The notes under the pieces were generated by a model, which did not search any database, was not told where the DNA came from, and saw nothing but the letters and a program-made list of their open reading frames with translations. Positions 22,376 through 31,692 of a stretch of 64,000 nucleotides of DNA are shown here, in pieces; position 1 is the first letter of the stretch, and every line of letters starts with the position of its first letter. The stretch lies in assembly GCA_000092065.1 (NCBI GenBank), contig CP000590.1. The stretch is one strand, 5' to 3'. A program made the translations under genes and the position numbers. Origin of the DNA: Ostreococcus lucimarinus. Lineage: Eukaryota.

Positions 22376-22855
22376 ATGGACGATCTCGCGCGGCACCGCG
22401 CGACGCTCGGACTCGCGCGCGACGCGCGTCCGACGCGCGACGAGGTCAAGGCGGCGTTTAAGCGCGCGGCGCGCGCGGCGCATCCCGACGCGGCGGGATG
22501 CGCGGTGAAGTTTCGCGAGGTCGTCGCCGCGCGAGACGCGCTGCTGGGACGAGGGCGATCGCGCGACGCGGCGTACGCGCGCGGAGGGGCGGCGGCGGCG
22601 GCGGCGGCGCGGGGGGGGTCGGGAGGGCGGCAGACGCGGGCGTTCGCGGCGGTGCTGGCGACGCCGTTCTTCGTCGCGGCGATGGTGTCGACGACGCTGC
22701 CGAAATCGAACGAGAGCGGCGCGAACGCGGAGATAGGACGGGTGCACGGATGGATAAACGCGCCGGTGAACGCGTGGTTGAAGGAGGATCGACGCGAGCC
22801 GGGAGATGGGAATCGGGAAAGGTTTTGGAAGACGGGTCGCGTCAACGCGAAGTGA
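22376..22855 (+). CDS. Small J-domain protein with C-terminal hydrophobic tail
   Basis: The track ORF starts on GTG at 22121. First plausible ATG is 22376 (22244 is an alternative). J-like helix II-III with HPD motif (KAAFKRAARAAHPD). C-terminal FAAVLATPFFVAAMV segment. Confidence 0.45.
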   Translation: MDDLARHRATLGLARDARPTRDEVKAAFKRAARAAHPDAAGCAVKFREVVAARDALLGRGRSRDAAYARGGAAAAAAARGGSGGRQTRAFAAVLATPFFVAAMVSTTLPKSNESGANAEIGRVHGWINAPVNAWLKEDRREPGDGNRERFWKTGRVNAK

Positions 22856-22910
22856 CGCGAAGCGCGCCGACGCCGAGGCGCGTATTGTAGCGAGCTTAAC
22901 TGTATGTAAA

Positions 22911-24053
22911 CTAGGTAGTAGTACTAGCGGCAGACACCGAGGCGTCGACGACGACGTTGGCGCCCTCGAGACGTTCGCCCGCGCAAAACTGGCGAAAGTT
23001 TTCCGCGGTGTGCTTGGCGATTTCGTCCAGCGCCTCGTGCGTCAAAAACGCGGTGTGCGGCGTCACGAGTACTTGCGGCATCGAGCCTAAGATCGCCATC
23101 GTCTCGTCCCACACCAACATGCGCTCGTTCGTGTTCATCGAACTGAAATCCTTGAAGAAGAGGCGATTTTCGTTTTCGTACACGTCCAAGCCGAGCGCGG
23201 CGATGCGCCCGGAATACAAACCGTCGATAGCAGCGCGAGCGTCGACGAGCAGACCACGGCTGGTGTTGATGAGGATCGTACCCTCCTTCATCTTCGCTAT
23301 CGTCTCCACGCAAATCATCCCACGCGTCTCCGGCGTGAGCGGAAGGTGGAGCGACACGACGTCGCTCCGCGCCAAGAGCTCGTCGAGCGACACGTAATCG
23401 CCGCAAAAATCGTCCTTCTCGAATTTATCGTACCCGAGCACGCGCATCTGAAATCCATTCTTCAAAATTTCCGCCACACCGCGGCCGATTTTACCCGTTC
23501 CCACGACGCCGACGGTTTTCCCTCGCATCGAACTTCCCACCAAGCCGTCGAGCGTAAAGTTTCCCATGCGCAGCCGGTCGCGCGACGCGCACAAGTGTCG
23601 ATTCAGACTCATCATCATCGCCACCGCGTGCTCGCTGATGCTCAACGGATCGTACGCCGGCACGCGCAGCACGCTGATCCCTCTCTCGCGCGCTCGCTCG
23701 CAGTCCACGTTGTCGAATCCCGCGCAGCGGAGCAATATCAACTTCACCCCGCGCTCCGCGAGGGCGTCCACGACCTCGCCGCGCGCGTCGTCGTCGACGA
23801 ACACGCAGACCGCGTCGTGGCCCTGCGCGAGCGACGCGGTGTCGAGCGATAGACGCGCGCTGCTGTACGTCGCGTTCGGGAGCGCGCGGCGAAGCGTTTC
23901 GTCTTCGTAACGGTGCGCGCTGAAAACAAAGCATCGCGCGTCCGAGGACGCGCGCGCGGCGACGATGACGCTCGAGAGACGTCGCGCACCGCGCGCGCGC
24001 GCGCGGGACGCGCGGGCGGCGATGAGGGGCGCGCGAACGACGGAAGAAGACAT
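22911..24053 (-). CDS. D-lactate dehydrogenase / D-isomer-specific 2-hydroxyacid dehydrogenase with N-terminal presequence
   Basis: ATG verified at 24053. NAD-binding GVVGTGKIGRGVA. Catalytic-domain similarity to LdhA along the whole ORF. Confidence 0.85.
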   Translation of the reverse strand: MSSSVVRAPLIAARASRARARGARRLSSVIVAARASSDARCFVFSAHRYEDETLRRALPNATYSSARLSLDTASLAQGHDAVCVFVDDDARGEVVDALAERGVKLILLRCAGFDNVDCERARERGISVLRVPAYDPLSISEHAVAMMMSLNRHLCASRDRLRMGNFTLDGLVGSSMRGKTVGVVGTGKIGRGVAEILKNGFQMRVLGYDKFEKDDFCGDYVSLDELLARSDVVSLHLPLTPETRGMICVETIAKMKEGTILINTSRGLLVDARAAIDGLYSGRIAALGLDVYENENRLFFKDFSSMNTNERMLVWDETMAILGSMPQVLVTPHTAFLTHEALDEIAKHTAENFRQFCAGERLEGANVVVDASVSAASTTT

Positions 24054-24144
24054 GCCGCCGCCGCGAGGTGAGCTACGTTGTGCGGTTGGATTATTACAGC
24101 CGCGAGTGTGTCTTCGATTCTAAAAGTGCGCGCGCGATCGGCGC

Positions 24145-24866
24145 CTACTCGAACGGTGCGGGAACGGTGTTGGCGTCGGTCTCCTTCTGACGCCGGCGCG
24201 ACCAGCGAGAGACGTCTTCGCCCGCGAGCGTGTCCGTCGCCGCCTGCCCGCGCTCGAACCGCTCGCGGCGCGTCGCCGCCAACTTCTCGTCCGTGTCCAC
24301 AAACTTGCGCATGAGCCAGTGCAACGCGATCGTCGGCGGGTTGCGAATGTTCGGCACCAATCCTCGAACGTTTCGTGCGGGCACCCAATCCGACAACCCG
24401 TTCCCCCAAACCAACGTGTGTTCGTCCACGACGCCGTTCACCCAGCACTGTCGCATCGTGTTCAACGGCGCCGGTCCACGGCACTTACCCACGCGATCGC
24501 GGTAAAACCACACGTTATTATCGTTCGCTGTTTTCGGTCGAAAATTCACGAAACCGTCGTCAGTCGCGCGTTCGTCGTCGTTCGCTTCGTCTCGCCGTCG
24601 CCGTCGACCCTACGCCGCGAGAAGGTCCACCGGTTTCCTCGCTTTCGCGCGCCCGTCGTCGCGCGCGTTCGCGCGCGCGCGCTTCCGCGGTGTCGAACGC
24701 GCGCTCGCGCGTCGCGCGCGGGCGCGGCGCGACGCGCACCGTCCGTCGCGCGAAGATCGTTCCGCGCTTCAAACTTGTACGGCCCGAGCTTGTCTCGCCA
24801 CGACTGCAGGTACTTTCTGCGCGATTCCGTCGCGTCCGTGGGGCTGTCTTCGCCGTAGAAGCTCAT
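24145..24866 (-). CDS. GYF-domain protein; exons complement(24614..24866) and complement(24145..24527), intron 24528..24613
   Basis: GYF core WFYRDRVGKCRGPAPLNTMRQCWVNGVVDEHTLVWG. The track ORF begins on GTG with no ATG. Removing an 86-nt GTAGGG...GACTGAC...AACAG intron joins it in frame to an upstream ATG at 24866 (MSFYGEDSP...). Confidence 0.5.
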
Positions 24867-25069
24867 GGTGCGCGCCTGGGGGGGGCGGGCGGGGGCGAGC
24901 GCGTCGGCGCCGCGCGCGCGAGTGCGGACGGGGCGCGCCCGCCGTGAGGGTCTAGGTTTTTTTCGTCTCGAGTCGCGCGAGACGTTTCGCGCGCGCGAGA
25001 CGCCCGCGGGCGCGTGATTTACAAGAGAGCGAGCGCTAATAAATGATGCTAAATGCACGCTCGGTGCGA

Positions 25070-26248
25070 TCAACGCCAGCGCGAGCGGGCGATGTTGAGG
25101 ATGATTTGCGCGACGGCGTCGTACACCACGGGGCGGTAGTGGACGCCGTCGACGGAGCACTCCGCGCCGCACAGGGCGGTGATTTCGCGCGCGCGCACGC
25201 GCACCGCCGGACCGGCGGGGAGGACGATCCTCGTTGACTTTTGGTCGTCTCGTATTTTGGCGTACCGCGCCAGATTCGTGTCGGTAAATTTGACGCGTTT
25301 GTCCTCGGCGACGAGCTTGTCGCGAATCACGAGCGCGGCGTCGATCCACACAATCACCACCTTTGGATGCGCCGCCTCGATCGTGCGCACGCGCGCACCG
25401 AGCGCGGCCATCGTCGTCTTGTACCTAGACACCGATTCGTCGTGCAAAACGTGCCACAGCGCCGTGGATATGACGATCAAATCCGGCGCGTCGCGCTCGC
25501 CGTACGCGTCCAGCGCGTCGACGACGTCCGACGCGTACGGCGCCCACGTAAACGTCGCCTTCGCCCCCCCGACCAAGTCGTGCGCCCAATCGCGATGTTT
25601 CTCCCCATCCTTCGTCGTCAAGCTCACGTCGCTCCACGCATCGCTCGTCGCCGCGACGAATCCCCCGTACGCGTTTCTCGCGCCCGAGTCGCCCAAAAAC
25701 GCCGCGCGCCGCCCTTCGATCAATTTCCCCACCCTGTTCCCCCGCGCCGTCGCCGCCAACCGCCCGAACCCGCACGTCTCCCCCACGTCCTCGCGCATGA
25801 CCCACGCCAGGGCGTTTTCTCGCCCCCTTCGTCCTCTCTTTCCTCCGCGTCCCCGTCCCCGCGTCTCCGCGTCGTCCTCGTCGCCGCACCCCGTCCTCGC
25901 CAGCGTCCACGCGCGCGTCGCGCACGCGCTCGCGCCGCGCGTCCACGTCCCTCGCCACGCGTGCGTCGCGCACCCGTCGACGTCGACCGCGAACGCGCCG
26001 ACGTCGACGTCGTCGTCGCGCGTCGTCGTCGTCGTCCCCGTCGTCGCGTCTCGCGGCGCGTCGCGCGTCGTCGCCGCGCGCGCCGCGCACGCGACCGCCG
26101 CGCACGCGAGCGCGACGACCGTCGCGACGCGCGCCTTCGTCGCCGTCGCCGTCGGCGCGCGCGCGTCGCCGCGCGCGCGCATGCGCGCCGCGCTCTGCCG
26201 CGCGCCGCCGCGCGTCCCGGCACATCGTCGCGCGCGACGGCGCGCCAT
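25070..26248 (-). CDS. Type II membrane SGNH/PC-esterase-like hydrolase (CAS1 N-terminal-domain-like)
   Basis: ATG verified at 26248. N-terminal signal-anchor VATVVALACAAVACAA. GDS motif (FLGDSGARN). Distal D-x-x-H (SVDGVHY). Confidence 0.5.
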   Translation of the reverse strand: MARRRARRCAGTRGGARQSAARMRARGDARAPTATATKARVATVVALACAAVACAARAATTRDAPRDATTGTTTTTRDDDVDVGAFAVDVDGCATHAWRGTWTRGASACATRAWTLARTGCGDEDDAETRGRGRGGKRGRRGRENALAWVMREDVGETCGFGRLAATARGNRVGKLIEGRRAAFLGDSGARNAYGGFVAATSDAWSDVSLTTKDGEKHRDWAHDLVGGAKATFTWAPYASDVVDALDAYGERDAPDLIVISTALWHVLHDESVSRYKTTMAALGARVRTIEAAHPKVVIVWIDAALVIRDKLVAEDKRVKFTDTNLARYAKIRDDQKSTRIVLPAGPAVRVRAREITALCGAECSVDGVHYRPVVYDAVAQIILNIARSRWR

Positions 26249-26776
26249 GGCGTCCGCGCGCGGCGTCGTGCTCGGGTGCGCGCGAATCGCGCGCGTCTCG
26301 CGCGCGCGACTGACGACGGCGCGCAGCGCGTACAGAGAGCTCGTGTGGCTCGCGCGACGCGCGCGGGCGGAGGAGCGGCGAAGACTCGAGGACGTCGTCG
26401 CGGACGTCGCGCGGCGCGCGCGCGCGGCGCGCGGGGCGAACGCGACGGCGGCGGACGTCGCGGACGGCGTGCGACGATTGGTGGGGACGGTGGGGTACGC
26501 GCGAGCGATGACGTCGAGGGTCGGGCGACGACGGTTCGAGTGGGACGAGGACGCGCGCGAGGCGACGCGCGTCGTGGAGCGAACGGGAGGAAAGAGCGGA
26601 CGCGAACGCGTCGCGAACGGCGTGCTGAGTCGAGAAGACGCGTGGGCGTATCACAATAGGTTGATCGATCGACAACACTTCGGGAGACGGTTGAAAAAGT
26701 TTAAGCCGGAACCGCTGTAGACGGCGGGATGCAATAAATACATGAAATGGGACGCGCTCGGCGGCGACGGAGCGCT

Positions 26777-28396
26777 TTAATCTTTTCTCGTCGCGCTGGC
26801 GAGCTCGTGCCTTCGCTGACGCATGCTCTTTTGCAATTCTGATCCGACGTCTGGATCCGAGGCGATCGCCCACGCCATCTCGCGTCGACCCATGACCAGA
26901 CATTGCACTTCGGTTTGGGCGATGACGTCGGCGTTGCGTCGACCGCCGATCCATTTCTTGGCGACCATTCTCGCGCTCACCCACGATTTCAGTGTGAATT
27001 TCTCCCCTTTTTTTCTCTTGGGCGGGCCTTTGGCGAGGACTTCCGCAATGCGTTTATCAATCATCGCGCGCGACGATGAGGCTGACTTGCTTTTCGCAAT
27101 CAACCGATCGCCGAGAGCCATCTCTCCGATGAATTCGCCCGGCTCGCGCTTGGCCACCTGCGCGCCCTGGTCGCGCAAGATGTTCCGGTCCGCGTCCACC
27201 GGACTGACGACAATTTTCACACTGCCGGACTTAATGAGAAACACTTCATCGGTCGCGCGTGCGCCCTGATGAATGAGGATATCACCGGCTTCGTACTTTC
27301 TCAACGGAAGCTTCATGCCCTTCGCGAAGTCGCGAAGCTTGGATTTAATGCGCAGAGGCGCCGGTCGCACGCTCTCCACTTGTTGCAACCATGGATGCTT
27401 GAGGCAGTTTGCCGGGGTCAAACGATGGACCGGTTTGTGCGCCAGACACGACATGACGAACTCGCGAGCCGTTTCACTCACGGAGTCCCACTCGAAGCAA
27501 TCAAAACCAAAATCGCGTTGGACGACGCGTCCGTACTTCAACGCGCTCTTCCACAAGCTCCTCGGCATGGCGCCCGTGAGCAACACGTACGTGATGACAC
27601 CGAGAGACCACATATCGATCGCACCACCGTACGACTTTTGCTCCACGACCTCCGGCGCGGCGAACACGGGCGTACCCACGGGCGCGGTATCGATCCCTCG
27701 GCTGTGCGGCAACGACCCCAACCCTTCAGGGTTTTGGCACCGTCTCGCCAACCCGAAATCCGCGATCACGACGCTCGCGAGATCATCGTTCGACCGCAGC
27801 AATAAGTTCTCCAGCTTCAAATCTCGATGTAACACAAAATTTTTATGCATGTAATCGATCCCTTGCACCGTGCGCTGCACCACCACCTTCGCCTCCGCCT
27901 CGGTGTATCGCTCGCTCTTCATGCGCAAAATCGCGTCCAACACCGCCCCCCCGTGCAGGACCTCCGTCACGACGTACACCTTATCGCCGTACCAGTGGCA
28001 CTCTTCGAGTCTCAACATCGTCGGCGACGTCAACACGCGCAGAATATCGATCTCACTCGTGACCTCGTTCACGCTCATGCGTTCCTTCCCATGTTCGTCC
28101 TTGTCCGCGTCCGCGTCCGCGTCGCCCTCCTTGACGCTGATGATCTTCATCGCGTACGTCTTCGCGCTCTGACGATGGCGCACTTTGCGCACGACGCTGA
28201 AACCGCCCGCACCGAGCGACTCGAGGTCGTCGTAGCGCTCCATCGGGTCGCGCTCCGCGCGCTTCAGCTTCACCGGCGGGACGCTCGGCATCGTCTCGCG
28301 CGTCGCCGGCGCGCCGCCGTCGCGCGTGCGCGCGCTGCCGCGCTTTCGAGGCTTCGGCGACGCATCGCCGTCGGGTTTGGAGGCGACGCAACCCAT
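26777..28396 (-). CDS. CaMK-like Ser/Thr protein kinase with C-terminal cyclic-nucleotide-binding (CNB) domain; N-terminal MGCxxS acylation motif
   Basis: Internal ATG verified at 28396 (MGCVASK). Kinase motifs GAGGFSVV, HRDLKLENLL, DFGLAR, APE. CNB motifs GDILIHQGARATDEVFLIKSGSV and GEFIGEMAL...R.A follow the kinase. The Arg-rich track extension upstream of 28396 is rejected. Confidence 0.8.
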   Translation of the reverse strand: MGCVASKPDGDASPKPRKRGSARTRDGGAPATRETMPSVPPVKLKRAERDPMERYDDLESLGAGGFSVVRKVRHRQSAKTYAMKIISVKEGDADADADKDEHGKERMSVNEVTSEIDILRVLTSPTMLRLEECHWYGDKVYVVTEVLHGGAVLDAILRMKSERYTEAEAKVVVQRTVQGIDYMHKNFVLHRDLKLENLLLRSNDDLASVVIADFGLARRCQNPEGLGSLPHSRGIDTAPVGTPVFAAPEVVEQKSYGGAIDMWSLGVITYVLLTGAMPRSLWKSALKYGRVVQRDFGFDCFEWDSVSETAREFVMSCLAHKPVHRLTPANCLKHPWLQQVESVRPAPLRIKSKLRDFAKGMKLPLRKYEAGDILIHQGARATDEVFLIKSGSVKIVVSPVDADRNILRDQGAQVAKREPGEFIGEMALGDRLIAKSKSASSSRAMIDKRIAEVLAKGPPKRKKGEKFTLKSWVSARMVAKKWIGGRRNADVIAQTEVQCLVMGRREMAWAIASDPDVGSELQKSMRQRRHELASATRKD

Positions 28397-28580
28397 GACG
28401 GCGGTCGCGACGCGGTGTGGACGCGCGACCGGTCGAAAGACCCGAAGCCCGCGAAGGTGCCGCGAAGGTGCCGCGAAGGCTGGAACGCGGCGAAGGCGAG
28501 GCGAGACGAAAGCGACGCGCGATGGGCGTCGCACGGCGGTGGTGCGCGCGATTTGAGATGAAATGCATCTCTGGGTTACA

Positions 28581-30503
28581 CTATTTCGCGCGTTTGAGCA
28601 CCAGAGCGACGTAGGTGACGGCGACGTTGAGCGCGGCGACGCCGAGCTGAGATTTGCACGCTCTGCCGGCGTGCCCGCGAACGGGCAAACCCAAGCCTTC
28701 GAGGACGTCCTCGCCGTTTCTCGGGGGGACGCCCTCGTTGAATCGACGCGCGAGGACCTTTCGAACGCCGCGGGATTTGGCGAGCTTTTTGCTCTTGGCG
28801 TCGGTGTCTTCTTTCTCGAAGACCAAGCCCTCAAATTCCGAGCACAAGACGCCTTCAAAGGCGTGGCGAATGAGCGAGAGCTTGGAAAGCGGCGCTAAAG
28901 AATCGGGAATTTCTGCGAATGCGCCGGATGCATCGCCGAGCATGATGTTAAGTACCATTACGCACGGTCCGATGGCGAGAGCGACGTCAGCGCTCGGACT
29001 CAGGGCGCTTATGGAGAGCCCCAAAGACGACGCCGCGGCGGATTGCAACGCGAGCGACGTCAGAAACATCTTTCGTCCAGACTTGTTTAAACCTACCATG
29101 GGCGCCATGACACCTCCGAAAACGACTGGAAACACCATATCAATCGGAGTTTCTATCAAAAGCTTCGATAGAAAGTACGGGCCAGGGCTGTAGCCACCGC
29201 TTTGGCGCGCCATCTCGCGTCGCACCGTGGCGCGCTCGCGTGGAAACCCGTTCAAGCTCTTCACCAATGCGAGCATGGAGGTGTTAATGCACGCCTGCAT
29301 GAGTACCGCGACTCGTCGTTTCACACTACGAGGTCCGAGTCCAAGCTGGAAGTTACATCCGCCAAACATCGCGGCCAGACCGACTGAGGCCACCATGCGG
29401 ACGCCGTTCACCCACATCTCTCGCTTGGCTTGTCGCCAAGCACGACCGGCGAGTAATCTAAATTGCTTAAGCGGATCACAGGCTTTCTTTCGCACGGCTT
29501 TCGAAGTCGAAGTCGATTCAGGCGCCCGTGTCACATCTGCCGCTCTCGGTGCCGTTGTTTTGCTATGCTTTGCCCACTCGTCAACGATGCGTTCTATTCG
29601 CGCGCGGCTCTTGGCCTCGGCGTCGTCGCTCCCGACGCCGTCGCCGACGTCGACGCTCACGAGATCAATCAAAAACTCGGCCGGATTAAAATGCTCGGGG
29701 CACTCGAAACCGATGCCGCGAAAGTAACTGATGACGTCTTCGCTCGGCCCGTGGTACGCCACACGCGCGCCGCTCGCGAGCAACAACACGTCGTGCACCT
29801 TGGCGAACGAGGCGCTCCTCGGTTGGTGCAGCGTGCACACTACGCACGCGTCTTCGCGTTCCGCGAGCTCGACCAGCTTCTCCACCATCTTATCCGCCTG
29901 AAATGCATCGAGCCCAGACGTCGGCTCGTCCACGAGCACGACTAAACCACCACCCGACTTCGAATCCGTCGTTCCCAGTCCGAGCGTCTCGCTCGCGATG
30001 GCCAACCGCCGCCGCTCGCCTCCTGATATCCCCGCCACCGCCTTCCCTCCGGTATCACCCCCCACGACCGTATCCGCGCACGTCATCAACGACATCTTTC
30101 TCAACGTCGAGTTCACGAGCGCCGCGGCGCTCTCCTGCGTCTCTCCGCGCAGCCGCGCGTCCAACTCGAGCGTCTCTCGCACCGTGAGATTGCTAAAGAA
30201 TTTCGGCTCTTGCTCCACGTAGCTCATCGAAACGTCCTCGTCATCGGCGCCGGTGATGCGTTTCCCATCGTACGTCACGACGCACTCGAGCGAGTCGCCT
30301 CGCTTGACGTCCAGGCGATGGGACAGGGCGTTGAGCAGCGATGTCTTGCCGCAACCGCTCGGGCCGAGAATCGCCAAGACGCGGCCGCTGTTGGCGTGCG
30401 CGGACGTCCCGCGCAGGATTACGCGCGAAGAGGCGTTGTGGCCGTCGGCATCTTTCGTGCGGACGACGTATTCGACGTCGCGCCAAGCCAGGGTGCCACC
30501 CAT
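28581..30503 (-). CDS. ABC transporter G-family half-transporter (White/ABCG-like)
   Basis: ATG verified at 30503. Walker A GPSGCGKTS. ABC signature ISGGERRRL. Walker B LVLVDEPTSGLD. C-terminal six-helix ABC2 membrane domain. Confidence 0.9.
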   Translation of the reverse strand: MGGTLAWRDVEYVVRTKDADGHNASSRVILRGTSAHANSGRVLAILGPSGCGKTSLLNALSHRLDVKRGDSLECVVTYDGKRITGADDEDVSMSYVEQEPKFFSNLTVRETLELDARLRGETQESAAALVNSTLRKMSLMTCADTVVGGDTGGKAVAGISGGERRRLAIASETLGLGTTDSKSGGGLVVLVDEPTSGLDAFQADKMVEKLVELAEREDACVVCTLHQPRSASFAKVHDVLLLASGARVAYHGPSEDVISYFRGIGFECPEHFNPAEFLIDLVSVDVGDGVGSDDAEAKSRARIERIVDEWAKHSKTTAPRAADVTRAPESTSTSKAVRKKACDPLKQFRLLAGRAWRQAKREMWVNGVRMVASVGLAAMFGGCNFQLGLGPRSVKRRVAVLMQACINTSMLALVKSLNGFPRERATVRREMARQSGGYSPGPYFLSKLLIETPIDMVFPVVFGGVMAPMVGLNKSGRKMFLTSLALQSAAASSLGLSISALSPSADVALAIGPCVMVLNIMLGDASGAFAEIPDSLAPLSKLSLIRHAFEGVLCSEFEGLVFEKEDTDAKSKKLAKSRGVRKVLARRFNEGVPPRNGEDVLEGLGLPVRGHAGRACKSQLGVAALNVAVTYVALVLKRAK

Positions 30504-30601
30504 GGCGTCCGAGAGTGCGGGCGCGACCGTCGTCGGGACGGGACGCGGGCAAAAGTGGTACAGTAATGTTACACGATGCCCCCGACGCGTCGTCGGGCGC
30601 G

Positions 30602-31534
30602 CTAATCAGAATCGCTACCGTAATCGCCGAGCAAACCCCCGAGCCCGGCCGGAGGCGGGGATTCAGCCTTCGGCGGCGCGGCGGCGGCGGTCGATTTGAC
30701 CTTTGCTTTGACCGCGGCATTCGTCGGACGCTTGACGACGACACTCACCGCGGGCGCGTCCACGCGAGCTTTCTTCGCCGCTGCATGATCGTCGTCGTCG
30801 CTCTCGCTCTCGATGCGCTTGACGATTTTCGCGCGCTGTTCCTTAAAAATAGCGCGCGCGGTTTCCGCGTCCAACTCGTCGGCTCTGCGCGCGAGACAAG
30901 GTGAAATAAAAGTCAGTCTTCCCGTTCGGAAATTGGCGTCGCGCTCGCATCTGAGGCGTCGACGGCACGGCGCACTCGCGTACCTCTCCTTATCCGTTCT
31001 CGTATTCGCCGTCATCGCGTTCAAAGCGTCCGCGTTCGATATTCCGGCGTGTCTCGCGTTGAGCGACCGCATCTCGTCCAACGCCGCCATGATATCCATC
31101 TCTCGTTTACTCTCCTCCGTTCGATTCTCCAATCGCCGCATCTCGTTATTTTCCTCATCATCCGCGCGCGCTTTCGCCTCATCTTCCTCCGTCGTGTCCT
31201 TCCACGCCTCAAAGTTTCGCGACGCCCCGGCTTCGACGACGTAGTCCCCGTTCTTCGGGTCCGTCTTCATCGCCAACTCCGCGCTGCATCGCGTGCATCG
31301 AAAGTAAAACCTAAATATTTGTATTCCCAAGTAGTCTTCGCCCTTGACGTCCTCCTTGCGCGCGTTGAATTTCGTGCCCTTGCAGATGAATTCGCCGCAC
31401 GTGTTGCAGCAAATCGTCATGGGGAGCATGATTCTGACTTTGATTTGTCCACCCTTCGGCGCCCTGCCGCGCGGGATCTTGGCCGGATCGAAGTCGGGAG
31501 GGATGTACTTGTTCAGCACCTTGCGCTCGCCCAT
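30602..31534 (-). CDS. YJU2: Splicing factor YJU2/CWC16 (CCDC94/CCDC130 family)
   Basis: ATG verified at 31534. Family N-terminus MGERKVLNKYIPPDFDP. Conserved CNTCGEF...C..C zinc-binding region. Basic coiled-coil tail. Confidence 0.85.
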   Translation of the reverse strand: MGERKVLNKYIPPDFDPAKIPRGRAPKGGQIKVRIMLPMTICCNTCGEFICKGTKFNARKEDVKGEDYLGIQIFRFYFRCTRCSAELAMKTDPKNGDYVVEAGASRNFEAWKDTTEEDEAKARADDEENNEMRRLENRTEESKREMDIMAALDEMRSLNARHAGISNADALNAMTANTRTDKERYASAPCRRRLRCERDANFRTGRLTFISPCLARRADELDAETARAIFKEQRAKIVKRIESESDDDDHAAAKKARVDAPAVSVVVKRPTNAAVKAKVKSTAAAAPPKAESPPPAGLGGLLGDYGSDSD

Positions 31535-31692
31535 GGCGCGCGGACGTCGAGGGCGGGAGGGGAGGCGAGGAGTGCGGACGGGGAGACGGCGGCGTTCTCG
31601 AGACTTCCGGCGGCGCGCGGCGGACGAGGGAAGGCGTTTGAAACAAGGCAACACGGACTATGACAATGCGAAACTATATGCGACTAATAATA

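Noticed and set aside
25179-26984. Very long overlapping ORFs on both strands (513-aa plus-strand ORF 25179..26720 and 519-aa minus-strand ORF 25425..26984). Similar cases: 35321..36448, 50975..52114, 54459..55574 and 8460..9138.
   Set aside because: Arg/Ala/Asp-rich low-complexity translations are typical of stop-codon-poor GC-rich DNA read in the wrong frame or on the antisense strand. They overlap well-supported genes (SGNH hydrolase, kinase, PAM16 region, AAC/ACSF3, FtsH, fumarase) and have no recognisable motifs.
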